From positions 25,797 through 89,796 of the forward strand of contig JBNJGB010000024.1 in assembly GCA_051747385.1 (NCBI GenBank): DNA of 64,000 nt, read 5' to 3'. This DNA comes from Myxococcota bacterium. GTDB taxonomy: Bacteria; Myxococcota_A; UBA9042; PHBI01; JACKFB01. The position numbers were made by a program, and so were the translations under genes. Within the stretch, counting starts at the first letter, position 1, and every line of letters starts with the position of its first letter. The notes under the pieces were generated by a model that worked only from the letters and a program-made list of their open reading frames with translations, made no database searches and was not told the DNA's origin. Shown piece after piece: positions 21,822 through 32,307 of this stretch.

Positions 21822-22880
21822 ATGGCCCGAGTCCGGCACGAGGGTCCGCCGAAGGTCGTCGTCGTCTCCGGTGACGCCGGGTTCCGCCGGGAGGCGAGCG
21901 AGGCGCTCGGGACCGACCACGAGGTGTCGACCGAGGCGAGTGCGGGCGGCGCCGCGGCCACCGTGGAGGAAGGCCGCGTGCGCGCGGTGGTGTGCGACGA
22001 GAGCCTGGGCGACGACGCCCTCTTCACGCTCGCGGTCGCCGCGAGGCAGGCGCCCGCCGCGGCGCGGATCCTGGTCGGGCCTGCCGAGGATGCCGACCGC
22101 GTCGTCGAGGCCGTCAACCGGGCGGGGATCCACCGCTACGTCCGCGCGCCGTGGAGGGCGGAGGCTCTCGCGGACGCCGTGCGGGAGGAGATCGAGCGCT
22201 CCCGGCGCGGGGAGGTGGAGCTGGCGCGGGCGACACGCTCCCTGGGCCACGACCTCCGCGGCCCGCTGCAGACCATACAGGGATACGCGGAGCTCCTCTC
22301 CTTGAGGTTCCGGAGCCAGCTGGACGAGTCCGCCGGCCGCTTCCTGGACAACCTGCTGGAGGGCGTCGGCCGCACGTCCAAGCTCCTGGAGGCCATGCTG
22401 TCCTACCTGACCGCCCGGCGGGCCGTGCTCGAGCCCGAGGCCGTGGCCCTGGACCGGGTGGTCGACGCGGCCCGGGCCAACGTTGCGGGCGTCCTGGAGG
22501 AGGCCGAGGCCGACGTGGAGGTGGGCGACCTGCCCGCGGTCCGCGGCGATCAGGCCCGCCTCGGGACGGTCATGGAGCACCTGCTGGCCAATGCCGCCTG
22601 CTATCGGCGGGGTCCGGGCGTGCGCATCCGGGTGGACGCCCAGCGCCGGGACGGGGAGGTCGAGGTGAGCGTCCGGGACGACGGCCGGGGGATGCCCGCC
22701 GAGGACGCCCCGGCCGCCTTCGACCCGTTCGTGCGGCTCTGCAGCGACGACGAGGTCGTCGGGGAGGGGATGGGCCTCGCCATCGCCCGGGTCCTCGTGG
22801 AGAAGCACGGCGGCCGCATCTGGCTCGAGACCGAGCCCGACCGCGGCACCACGGTGCGGTTCACGCTCCCTGCAGCCTGA
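21822..22880 (+). CDS. Histidine kinase with an N-terminal receiver-like (possibly degenerate) domain
   Basis: H-box SLGHDLRGPLQTIQGYAELL and HATPase_c motifs DDGRGMP and GEGMGLAIARV. The N-terminal roughly 120 aa are receiver-like (VVCDESLGDD). Confidence 0.75.
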   Translation: MARVRHEGPPKVVVVSGDAGFRREASEALGTDHEVSTEASAGGAAATVEEGRVRAVVCDESLGDDALFTLAVAARQAPAAARILVGPAEDADRVVEAVNRAGIHRYVRAPWRAEALADAVREEIERSRRGEVELARATRSLGHDLRGPLQTIQGYAELLSLRFRSQLDESAGRFLDNLLEGVGRTSKLLEAMLSYLTARRAVLEPEAVALDRVVDAARANVAGVLEEAEADVEVGDLPAVRGDQARLGTVMEHLLANAACYRRGPGVRIRVDAQRRDGEVEVSVRDDGRGMPAEDAPAAFDPFVRLCSDDEVVGEGMGLAIARVLVEKHGGRIWLETEPDRGTTVRFTLPAA

Positions 22881-22940
22881 CAGGTCTGCGCACCCCGAGC
22901 ACCGGCGCCGCCGTGTCCCTCCGCTCGCCGGACCACGACG

Positions 22941-23762
22941 CTACAGGAGCAGCGACCACACCGGGCGGGTGAGGCGCAGGCCCAGGAACATCAGCGCGGG
23001 GCCGTACTTCTTCCGGCTACGCAGGAAGCGGTACTGGCCCATGAGGAACGGCGGGGCGAGGAAGGCGTCGGCGAGGTCCTGGGACTCGCGCGCGTTGACC
23101 TCCTTCAGGCGCTCGCGGGTGGCGCCGGCCCGGAAGCGGCGGGGGCGCCCCTCTTCGACCCAGGACTCGGCGATCTCCTGGGCGCGCGGGATCAGGTCCT
23201 CGGGGGCCGTCACCTCGTCGACCAGCCCGATGTCGAGGGCCTCCCGGGCCGTAGGCTTCCAGCCCTCCTCGCCGAGCATGCGCCGGGCGGCGGCCTCGCC
23301 GACGAGGTTCGGCAGGTGCTCGGTGGAGCAGCCCTCGGGGGGCACGCCGAGGCGCGCGAACGGTGTGGAGAACGTCGCCCGCTCGGAGGCGATGATGGCG
23401 TCGCACAGCGTGGCCGACGTGACCGTCGCGCCGATGGCCGGGCCGTTCACGGCGACCAGGATCGGCTTGTCGAAGTCGATGAAGTGGTCGAAGACGGCCT
23501 GGTTGTGGCTGGCGATCAGGTCCCGCAGCTTGCGCGGGTGGTCCAGCTGGATGGTCGACGAGAGGTTCACGCCGGCGCTGTAGTAGTCGCCCGCGCCCGT
23601 GAGCACCAGCGCGCCGACGGCGTCGTCGGAGGCCGCCTCGTCCATGGCGCCGAAGAGCGCCTCCATCATCTCCAGGGTCCAGCCGTTCAGCCGGCGCGCG
23701 TTGTTCATCGTCAGGGTGCGCACCCCGTTGTTCGTGGACACCAGGACCAGCTCGTCGGACAT
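22941..23762 (-). CDS. Enoyl-CoA hydratase/isomerase family protein
   Basis: Crotonase-fold motifs (LVLTGAGDYYSAGVNL, ILVAVNGPAIGATVT). The true start is MSDELVLV at 23762. Confidence 0.8.
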   Translation of the reverse strand: MSDELVLVSTNNGVRTLTMNNARRLNGWTLEMMEALFGAMDEAASDDAVGALVLTGAGDYYSAGVNLSSTIQLDHPRKLRDLIASHNQAVFDHFIDFDKPILVAVNGPAIGATVTSATLCDAIIASERATFSTPFARLGVPPEGCSTEHLPNLVGEAAARRMLGEEGWKPTAREALDIGLVDEVTAPEDLIPRAQEIAESWVEEGRPRRFRAGATRERLKEVNARESQDLADAFLAPPFLMGQYRFLRSRKKYGPALMFLGLRLTRPVWSLLL

Positions 23763-24039
23763 GGCTCTCCCTCGTGGGCGATGGTGGCGCGGTCGCTCCG
23801 TGCGCGAGCAGCCTACACGCGAGCCGGGGGAGGTGCACCGTCGCGTCGGAGGGCGGCCTGATGCGCTCCGAAATCCGTGCGTGTCAGAGGGCTTCCAAAG
23901 GGGTACCATGCCCCCCGGCCGCAGACGGCCCGTCACCCCCTCGCTGTCGCCCGCTCCGAGCCGCGGCTCGGCGCCGCGGGGCGCGTTGACAGGCTCTCGC
24001 GGCCGGTGCTAACCGACGGCCCTTGCAGCGGAGGAGACC

Positions 24040-25218
24040 ATGCGCGAAGTCGTCATCGTCAGCGGTGCCCGGACTCCCATCGGCAGCTTCAACGGCGCGT
24101 TCGCGTCGGTCCCGTCCCCCAGGCTCGGGGCGGTGGCCATCCGAGCGGCCCTCGACCGGGCGGGCGTGGACCCGGCGACGGTCGACGAGGTCCTCATGGG
24201 CTGCGTGCTGCAGGCGGGCATCGGCCAGGCTCCCGCGCGGCAGGCCTCCATCTACGCCGACGTGCCGACCTCGGTCGGCGCGAGTACGGTCCACAAGGTG
24301 TGCGGCTCCGGCCTCAAGACGGTCATCATGGCGAGCCAGATGATCCGCTGCGGCGACGCGGACATCGTCGTGGCCGGCGGCATGGAGAACATGACCATGG
24401 CGCCGTATCTGCTGCCGAAGGGCCGCAACGGCTATCGCATGGGTCACGGCAAGGTCCTGGACGCCATGGTCCTCGACGGCCTGTGGGACGTCTACAACGA
24501 CTACCACATGGGCTCCGCCGCGGAGCTGTGCGCCCGCGAGTGCAACGTGCCCCGCGAGGCGCAGGACGACTTCGCCAAGGAGAGCTACCGGCGCGCGAAG
24601 GAGTCCGTCGAGAAGGGCTACTTCGACAGGGAGGTCGCCCCGGTGGAGGTCCCCCAGCGCAAGGGAGACCCCCTGGTCGTGGACAAGGACGAGGAGCCGG
24701 GCCGCGGCAAGCCGGAGAAGTTCCCCAAGCTGCGCGCCGCCTTCGAGAAGGAGGGCACGGTGACGGCGGCCAACGCGTCCAGCATCAACGACGGCGCCTC
24801 GGCGTGCGTCGTGATGAGCGCGGACAAGGCCAGGGAGCTGGGCCTCACGCCCATGGCCCGCATCCTGTCCGCGGGGGCGCACGCCCAGGACCCGGAGTGG
24901 TTCACCACCGCGCCCACCGGCGCCGTGAAGGACGCGGTCGGCAAGGCCGGCCTGGAGCTGGGCGACATCGACCTCTTCGAGATCAACGAGGCGTTCTCCG
25001 TGGTGGCCCTGGCGGTGGGCGATCAGCTCGGCATCGACATGGACAAGGTCAACGTCCGCGGCGGCGCCGTCGCCCTGGGGCACCCCATCGGGGCGTCGGG
25101 CAACCGCATCCTCGTGACGCTGCTGCACGCCCTGCAGGACCAGGGCGGCCGCTACGGCTGCGCCGGCATCTGCCTGGGCGGGGGCGAGGCCATCTCGGTG
25201 GTCGTCGAGCGCGTCTGA
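24040..25218 (+). CDS. Acetyl-CoA C-acetyltransferase (thiolase II)
   Basis: VCGSGLKTV active-site Cys, [18 protein letters not shown]-terminal [12 protein letters not shown]. Confidence 0.9.
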   Translation: MREVVIVSGARTPIGSFNGAFASVPSPRLGAVAIRAALDRAGVDPATVDEVLMGCVLQAGIGQAPARQASIYADVPTSVGASTVHKVCGSGLKTVIMASQMIRCGDADIVVAGGMENMTMAPYLLPKGRNGYRMGHGKVLDAMVLDGLWDVYNDYHMGSAAELCARECNVPREAQDDFAKESYRRAKESVEKGYFDREVAPVEVPQRKGDPLVVDKDEEPGRGKPEKFPKLRAAFEKEGTVTAANASSINDGASACVVMSADKARELGLTPMARILSAGAHAQDPEWFTTAPTGAVKDAVGKAGLELGDIDLFEINEAFSVVALAVGDQLGIDMDKVNVRGGAVALGHPIGASGNRILVTLLHALQDQGGRYGCAGICLGGGEAISVVVERV

Positions 25219-25276
25219 GTCAGCCGACAAACCCGCCGGGGCGGGGCGACCGCCCCGGCCGCGAAGGGAGCAGACC

Positions 25277-26125
<849 letters not shown>

Positions 26126-26150
26126 CGCACCGGACCGAGGAGACCCCCAC

Positions 26151-26933
26151 ATGCCGTACGATCACCTGCTGTACGAGCGCGAGGACTCGGTCGTCCAGCT
26201 CACCATCAACCGGCCCGAGGTGCGGAACGCCCTGAACCGGAAGACCCTGGTGGAGCTGAGGCGCGCCTTCTTCGACTTCCGGCACGACCAGGACGCCCGC
26301 GTGCTCATCATCACGGGGGCGGGCAGCAAGGCGTTCGTCGCCGGCGCCGACATCGCCGAGATGTCCGACATGACCCAGGAGCAGGCGGAGGAGTTCGCCA
26401 AGCTCGGTCAGGCGCTCACCATGGAGATCGAGGGCGTGCCGAAGGCCGTCATCGCCGCGGTGAACGGCTTCGCCCTCGGCGGCGGCTGCGAGCTGGCGAT
26501 GGCCTGTGACTTCATCCTCGCCAGCGACAACGCCCACTTCGGCCAGCCGGAGGTGAACCTGGGGCTCATCCCGGGCTTCGGCGGCACCCAGCGGCTGGCC
26601 CGCATCGTGGGCCGCGCGAGGGCCAAGCAGCTCATCTTCACCGGCGAGATCATCGACGGCGCCCGGGCGCGGGAGCTGGGGCTGGCCAACGCCGTGTACA
26701 CGCAGGACGAGCTCCTGAAGCACGCCCACGACATCGCCCGGACCATCGCCTCGAAGGGCCCGCTGGCGGTGGGCGCCGCCAAGCGGTCGCTCAACCGCGG
26801 CTACGACCTGAGCCTCGAGGTCGGCCTCGAGTTCGAGTCGATGCTCTTCGGGACGATGTTCAAGACCGAGGACATGCGGGAGGGCACCAGCGCCTTCCTC
26901 GAGAAGCGAAAGCCCGCCTTCAAGGGCGAGTAG
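26151..26933 (+). CDS. crt: Enoyl-CoA hydratase (crotonase)
   Basis: LIITGAGSKAFVAGADI and AAVNGFALGGGCELAMACD motifs. Confidence 0.9.
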   Translation: MPYDHLLYEREDSVVQLTINRPEVRNALNRKTLVELRRAFFDFRHDQDARVLIITGAGSKAFVAGADIAEMSDMTQEQAEEFAKLGQALTMEIEGVPKAVIAAVNGFALGGGCELAMACDFILASDNAHFGQPEVNLGLIPGFGGTQRLARIVGRARAKQLIFTGEIIDGARARELGLANAVYTQDELLKHAHDIARTIASKGPLAVGAAKRSLNRGYDLSLEVGLEFESMLFGTMFKTEDMREGTSAFLEKRKPAFKGE

Positions 26934-27009
26934 GACGAGCGTCCCCGCCGGTCGAACAGTCTGCGGCCCGCGCACGGACGCATCGGCCCCCACACGGAAG
27001 AGGAACCCG

Positions 27010-28167
27010 ATGGACTTCCAGCTCACCGAGGAGCAGTCGCTCCTCCAGCAGATGACCCGAGACTTCGCGGAAAACCGCGTCCGCCCGCAGGCCGCGGAGC
27101 TCGACCGGGACCACCGCTATCCGGCGGACCTCGTGGCCGAGATGTCCGAGATGGGACTGATGGGCATGTGCGTCCCCGACGAGTACGGGGGCTCCGGCAT
27201 GGACGCGATCTCCTACGTCATCGCGATGGAGGAGATCTCCCGGGCGTGCGCCTCCACGGGCGTCATCATGAGCGTCCAGAACTCCCTGGTCTGCGACCCG
27301 ATCCTGAAGTTCGGCTCGGAGACCCAGAAGCGCAAGTGGCTGGTGCCCCTGGCCAAGGGGGACCTCCTGGGCTGCTTCGCCCTGTCCGAGCCGGGCACGG
27401 GCTCGGACGCCGCCGCGCAGACCTGCATGGCCGTCAAGGACGGCGACGAGTGGGTCATCAACGGCACCAAGAACTGGATCACCAACGGGCCCCAGGCGGA
27501 CGTCTGCGTCCTCATCGCCATGACCGACCGGTCCAAGGGGACCCGGGGCATCATCGCCTTCGTCGTCGACCTGAACCAGGAGGGCGTCGAGCGCGGCAAG
27601 CCCGAGGACAAGCTCGGCATCCGCGGCTCCGGCACCTGCAGCCTCATCTTCGAGGACTGCCGGGTGCCCGACGCGAATCGGCTCGGCGAGGTCGGCGACG
27701 GCTTCAAGGTGGCCATGGCCACCCTGGACGGCGGGCGCGTCGGCATCGCGTCCCAGGCCCTGGGCATCGCCCGCGGCGCGTTCGAGGCGGCCACCTTCTA
27801 CGCCCAGGAGCGCACGGCCTTCGGCGGCCCCATCGCCCGCCTGCAGGCCATCCAGAACAAGCTGGCGGACATGGCGGTGGAGATCGACGCCGCCCGGCTG
27901 CTCACCTACCGGGCGGCCCAGCTCAAGGGGCAGGGCAAGCGGTTCTCCAAGGAGTCCGCCATGTGCAAGCTCTACGCCTCGGAGATGTCCCACCGCGTCT
28001 GCCACCAGGCGCTGCAGGTCCACGGCGGCTACGGCTACGTGAAGGAGTACGCGGTCGAGCGGCACTATCGGGACCAGCGCATCACCGAGATCTACGAGGG
28101 GACGAGCGAGATCCAGCGGCTGGTCATCGCCCGGTCCGTGCTCAAGGAAGCCGAGTCGAGGATGTAG
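27010..28167 (+). CDS. Acyl-CoA dehydrogenase (butyryl/short-chain type)
   Basis: ACAD N, middle and C domains; YEGTSEIQRLVIAR and catalytic region ERHYRDQRITEIYEG. Confidence 0.9.
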   Translation: MDFQLTEEQSLLQQMTRDFAENRVRPQAAELDRDHRYPADLVAEMSEMGLMGMCVPDEYGGSGMDAISYVIAMEEISRACASTGVIMSVQNSLVCDPILKFGSETQKRKWLVPLAKGDLLGCFALSEPGTGSDAAAQTCMAVKDGDEWVINGTKNWITNGPQADVCVLIAMTDRSKGTRGIIAFVVDLNQEGVERGKPEDKLGIRGSGTCSLIFEDCRVPDANRLGEVGDGFKVAMATLDGGRVGIASQALGIARGAFEAATFYAQERTAFGGPIARLQAIQNKLADMAVEIDAARLLTYRAAQLKGQGKRFSKESAMCKLYASEMSHRVCHQALQVHGGYGYVKEYAVERHYRDQRITEIYEGTSEIQRLVIARSVLKEAESRM

Positions 28168-28171
28168 GCCC

Positions 28172-29314
28172 ATGGACCTGGAGCTGACCGGCGAGCAGGC
28201 GCAGATCCGCGACCTGGCCCGGGACTTCGCGCGCCGGGAGCTGGCGCCGAAGGCCGCCGAGCTGGATCGCACCGGCCGTTTCCCGACGGAGTCCTTCCGG
28301 GCGCTGGGGGAGCTGGGCCTGCTGGGCGTCAACGTGCCCGCGGCATACGGGGGCGCGGAGGCCGGGGTGCTCTCCCTGACCATGGCGCTGAACGAGGTGG
28401 CCTACGCCTGCGCGTCGACGGCGGTGGGCATGAGCGTCACCAACATGGTCGCCGAGACCATCGCCCGCTTCGGCTCCGAGGGCCTGGCCGGGAGGTACGT
28501 CCCCCGGCTCACCTCCGGCGAGGCGGTGGCCGGGGCGTTCTGCCTGTCCGAGCCCGGCGCGGGCACGGACGCGGCCGGGCTGCAGGCGACCGCGCGCAGG
28601 GAGGGCGACCACTACGTGCTCAACGGCACGAAGATGTGGATCACCTCAGGGGATCACGCGGGCGTGTTCATCGTCATGGCGCGCACGGGGGCTCCGGACA
28701 GCCGCCACGAGGGCATCAGCGCCTTCGTGGTGGAGCCGTCCTTCGAGGGCTTGTCCACCGGCAAGCCGGAGGAGAAGTGCGGGCTCAAGGGCTCGTCCAC
28801 GGTCCCCGTCATCCTGGAGGACTGCGTCGTCCCGGCGGACAACCTCCTCGCCGACGAGGGGATGGGCTTCACCATCGCCATGGCGGCTCTGGACGGCGGC
28901 CGCATCACCATCGGCGCCATGGCCAACGGCATCGCGCGGGCCGCCCTCGACGCCGCCTCGACCTACGCCCTGGAGCGGAAGCAGTTCGGCAAGCCCATCG
29001 GGACCTTCCAGGCCATCCAGCACAAGCTGGCCGACATGGCCGTGGGGATCGAGGCCTCGGAGCTCCTCGTCCGGCGGGCGGCGTGGCTCAAGGAGCGCGG
29101 CGAGCGCCGCTTCACCCGCGAGGCCGCCATGGCGAAGGTCCACGCGACGGAGAACGCCAAGCGGGTGACGGACGAAGCCATTCAAATCCACGGCGGCTAC
29201 GGGTATACGCGGGAGTATCCCGTGGAGAGGTACATGCGGGATGCGCGCGTGACCACGATCTTCGAGGGCACCACGGAGATCCAGAAGGTGGTCATCGCCA
29301 GGGAGATCCTCTGA
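28172..29314 (+). CDS. Acyl-CoA dehydrogenase, second paralogue
   Basis: Same ACAD architecture; FEGTTEIQKVVIAREIL. It is 4 nt downstream of the first ACAD. Confidence 0.9.
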   Translation: MDLELTGEQAQIRDLARDFARRELAPKAAELDRTGRFPTESFRALGELGLLGVNVPAAYGGAEAGVLSLTMALNEVAYACASTAVGMSVTNMVAETIARFGSEGLAGRYVPRLTSGEAVAGAFCLSEPGAGTDAAGLQATARREGDHYVLNGTKMWITSGDHAGVFIVMARTGAPDSRHEGISAFVVEPSFEGLSTGKPEEKCGLKGSSTVPVILEDCVVPADNLLADEGMGFTIAMAALDGGRITIGAMANGIARAALDAASTYALERKQFGKPIGTFQAIQHKLADMAVGIEASELLVRRAAWLKERGERRFTREAAMAKVHATENAKRVTDEAIQIHGGYGYTREYPVERYMRDARVTTIFEGTTEIQKVVIAREIL

Positions 29315-29326
29315 AGTGGAGAGACC

Positions 29327-29758
<432 letters not shown>

Positions 29759-29768
29759 GCGGCGTCGC

Positions 29769-30308
29769 ATGAGCGAGTCCTCCGACGAGGAGCTCATGCG
29801 GCGCTACGTGAGGGACGGCGAACGCCGCGCCTTCGAGGAGCTGTTTCGCCGATACGGGGCGCGGCTGCACGGCTTCTTCCTTCGCGCCGTGGGCGACGAC
29901 ACCGAGGCGAGGGATCTCGTCCAGAAGACGTTCCTGCACTTCCACCGGGCGCGGAAGGACTTCGATCTGTCCCGCGAGGTGCGGCCGTGGCTGTACACCA
30001 TCGCGGTGAACGTGCGGCGGGAGTTCTTCCGGCGGCGGAAGCGCAAGCCGGAGACCGCGCTGGACACCGAGGTCCACCCGACCCCGGTGACCATGCCGAC
30101 GGCGAGCACGTCGATCCAGCGCCTCGTGCAGCGATGTCTGGACCAGCTCCCGGACGGTCAGCGCGAGGTCATCCTGCTGCACTGGTACGAAGAGCTGAGC
30201 TTCCCCGAGATTGCGGAGTTGCTGGGCGCCTCCGTGTCCGCCGTGAAGGTGCGCGCCCACCGGGGCTACAACAGGCTCCGCGAGATGTTGGGCGAGGGCC
30301 ACGCGTGA
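29769..30308 (+). CDS. ECF-family RNA polymerase sigma factor
   Basis: Sigma-70 region 2 (DLVQKTFLHFHRARKDF) and region 4 (FPEIAELLGASVSAVKVRAHRG). Confidence 0.85.
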   Translation: MSESSDEELMRRYVRDGERRAFEELFRRYGARLHGFFLRAVGDDTEARDLVQKTFLHFHRARKDFDLSREVRPWLYTIAVNVRREFFRRRKRKPETALDTEVHPTPVTMPTASTSIQRLVQRCLDQLPDGQREVILLHWYEELSFPEIAELLGASVSAVKVRAHRGYNRLREMLGEGHA

Positions 30309-30352
30309 CGAGACGTGTAACCAACCCCGCCCGGAGAGCGTAGGGGACAGAG

Positions 30353-31075
30353 ATGGACGAGCCGATCCCCACCGACCCGAACCTGCTGCAGGACCGGGAA
30401 GAGATCCGCCGCGCGGCCCCGCGCGACGCGGAGCTGGACGCCCTGTTCGAGCGGGTCGCCGAGGAGACCGTCGACCGGGAGCCGGGGCTCCTGGACCGCC
30501 TCCGTGAGATGCCGACCCGCTGGCGGATCCTCCTGGTGGTGGCGCTGGCGGTGCCCGGCGCGGGCGCGATGCTGGCCGCCATGGGCATCCGGCCCGACCT
30601 GTCGCCGGGCGGCGCCGTTCGCTACCTCTCCACCCTGAGCATCCTCGTCGCGACGGTCTCCCTCGCCGTGGCCCTGAGCCTCCGGGGCCCACACCGGCGG
30701 CCCGTCGGCCGGTGGGCGTGGGCGTTCACCATCGCCGCCCTGCTGCTCCCCGTCTTGCTGGCGTTCCTGCCGAGCCTGTGGACCGGCGAGACTCCCAGCG
30801 TCACCGGACTCGCCGGCCCGGGCCTTGCCTGCCTGGGCCTCGGCCTGGCCACGGCCGCCATGGTCGGAGGCCTCGTGCGAGTGTTCCAGCGCTCGCAGCC
30901 CGGCACCGACTGGCACCTCACGGCCATGGCCGCCGCCGGGGGCCTCGTGGCCTTCACGACCGTGGAGCTTCACTGCGCGTCGAACGACCTGCTCCACCTG
31001 GTCATCGGCCACGGCCTCATCGGCCTTGTCTTCGCCGTCGTCCTCTGGGTGGTCGTGCGCCTGCGCCGCGAGTGA
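30353..31075 (+). CDS. Putative membrane anti-sigma factor (DUF1109/NrsF-like)
   Basis: About 85-aa cytoplasmic N-terminus followed by about six TM helices, immediately downstream of the ECF sigma gene. Confidence 0.45.
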   Translation: MDEPIPTDPNLLQDREEIRRAAPRDAELDALFERVAEETVDREPGLLDRLREMPTRWRILLVVALAVPGAGAMLAAMGIRPDLSPGGAVRYLSTLSILVATVSLAVALSLRGPHRRPVGRWAWAFTIAALLLPVLLAFLPSLWTGETPSVTGLAGPGLACLGLGLATAAMVGGLVRVFQRSQPGTDWHLTAMAAAGGLVAFTTVELHCASNDLLHLVIGHGLIGLVFAVVLWVVVRLRRE

Positions 31076-31200
31076 CGCGAGGCCTCGCGCAACGAATCGC
31101 CTCCAATCCGTCACGAGGAGGAGGGTGGGCGGGGGTGGGCCACCCGCGCCGGCGAGGTCGCCTGGCGACCATCCACACCTCCCCAGCTCCAGAGGGCTCG

Positions 31201-31244
31201 CGCCAAGTCACCAAGCCGCCAAGCCGCCAAGCCGCCAAGCCGCG
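31201..31244. repeat. Octamer tandem repeat (CCAAGCCG), about 4.5 units
   Basis: ccaagtca ccaagccg ccaagccg ccaagccg ccaagccg read directly. A nearby GTCCAC x3 hexamer run sits at 31384..31402. Confidence 0.6.
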
Positions 31245-31492
31245 GATCCCAGCGGGAAGTTGGAGCAGGACCGCCGTCCGCGGCGGTCACTCGCCGCTCC
31301 AACGGCGTCGGCAGCACGACGGGGCCCGGCCCCGAGCCCACTTTCGGTGCGACCAAGACGTCGTGCCCGGTGAGCGCGACCACGTCCACGTCCACGTCCA
31401 CGACCCCGTTTCGCGGCCTCTCGGCGAGTCGTGACCCATCGGCGGGCGACGCCGCCGGCGCTGCGCTGGCCTGTCGTGGTGACGCCGAGAGC

Positions 31493-32239
31493 CTACTCGT
31501 CGCAGTACCCGGCGCCCTGGTAGTAGCTCGAGCAGGCCGTGAAGTCGTCTCCGCAGGGCTGGGCGGCGGTGGTGTCGCACAGGCGGCGGCAGCCGTTGCC
31601 GACGCAGACGAGGCCGGCCTTGCAGGCGGCAGCCTCGTTGTCGCACGGGTCCTCCACGTCGCCGTCGCCGGCGGGGAGGCACACGGGCTCCGGCTCGCCG
31701 TCCACGAGGTAGCATCCCTTGCCGTCCTCGCAGTCCTGGGCGAGGAGGTCGCAGGTCTCGTAGATGCCCTCCTGCGCGCAGACCGAGTACGGCGAGTCCT
31801 GCAGGTTCAGGCAGTCGCCGTTGTCCGGGCAGTGGATGGGCGTCTCGCAGAAGGTGTAGCAGCGGAACTCGGTCTGGTTCAGCGACAGGCAGATGCCCTC
31901 GGTGCAGCTTCCGTCGACGTCCTCGCCGCACCGGGCGCCCGGCTCCAGCCCCCCGGCCTGGACGCAGCTCGGCTCGGTGGCGTCCTGGTCGGCGTACGTG
32001 CAGTTCTCACCCGCCGCGCAGCCCTCCTGGGTGATGGGATCGCAGGCCCCGGCGCCGGTCGTGTCGTCGCCGGCGGAGTCGCCGGGACCGGTGGAGTCCT
32101 CGCCGCCGGAGGCGTCGGGATCGCCGCTCACGGTGTCCGTCGTCCCGTTGTCGCCGTCGTCGTCGCAGGCGACCTGCAGGAAGGGGAGTGCCGCGAGGCA
32201 CAGGACGGCGGCGAACCGGGAGATGGCGCGGGTGGACAT
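31493..32239 (-). CDS. Secreted Cys-rich repeat lipoprotein (myxo-type disulfide-rich repeats), 248 aa
   Basis: Signal/lipobox MSTRAISRFAAVLCLAALPFLQVAC. Three tandem Cys-rich repeats of about 58 aa (C..C..G.NC........C...G). The true start at 32239 lies inside the spurious 600-aa track ORF. Confidence 0.75.
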   Translation of the reverse strand: MSTRAISRFAAVLCLAALPFLQVACDDDGDNGTTDTVSGDPDASGGEDSTGPGDSAGDDTTGAGACDPITQEGCAAGENCTYADQDATEPSCVQAGGLEPGARCGEDVDGSCTEGICLSLNQTEFRCYTFCETPIHCPDNGDCLNLQDSPYSVCAQEGIYETCDLLAQDCEDGKGCYLVDGEPEPVCLPAGDGDVEDPCDNEAAACKAGLVCVGNGCRRLCDTTAAQPCGDDFTACSSYYQGAGYCDE

Positions 32240-32307
32240 GGGCGTGCTCCTGCCTGCTCGGGACATCGGCGTGATGATGGGAGGAGGTCCCGCTCGACGC
32301 AAGGGAA

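Noticed and set aside
21588-22808. 406-aa minus-strand ORF antisense to the histidine kinase
   Set aside because: No motifs, Arg/Gly-rich, and fully overlapped by a kinase with an intact H-box and ATPase motifs on the plus strand.
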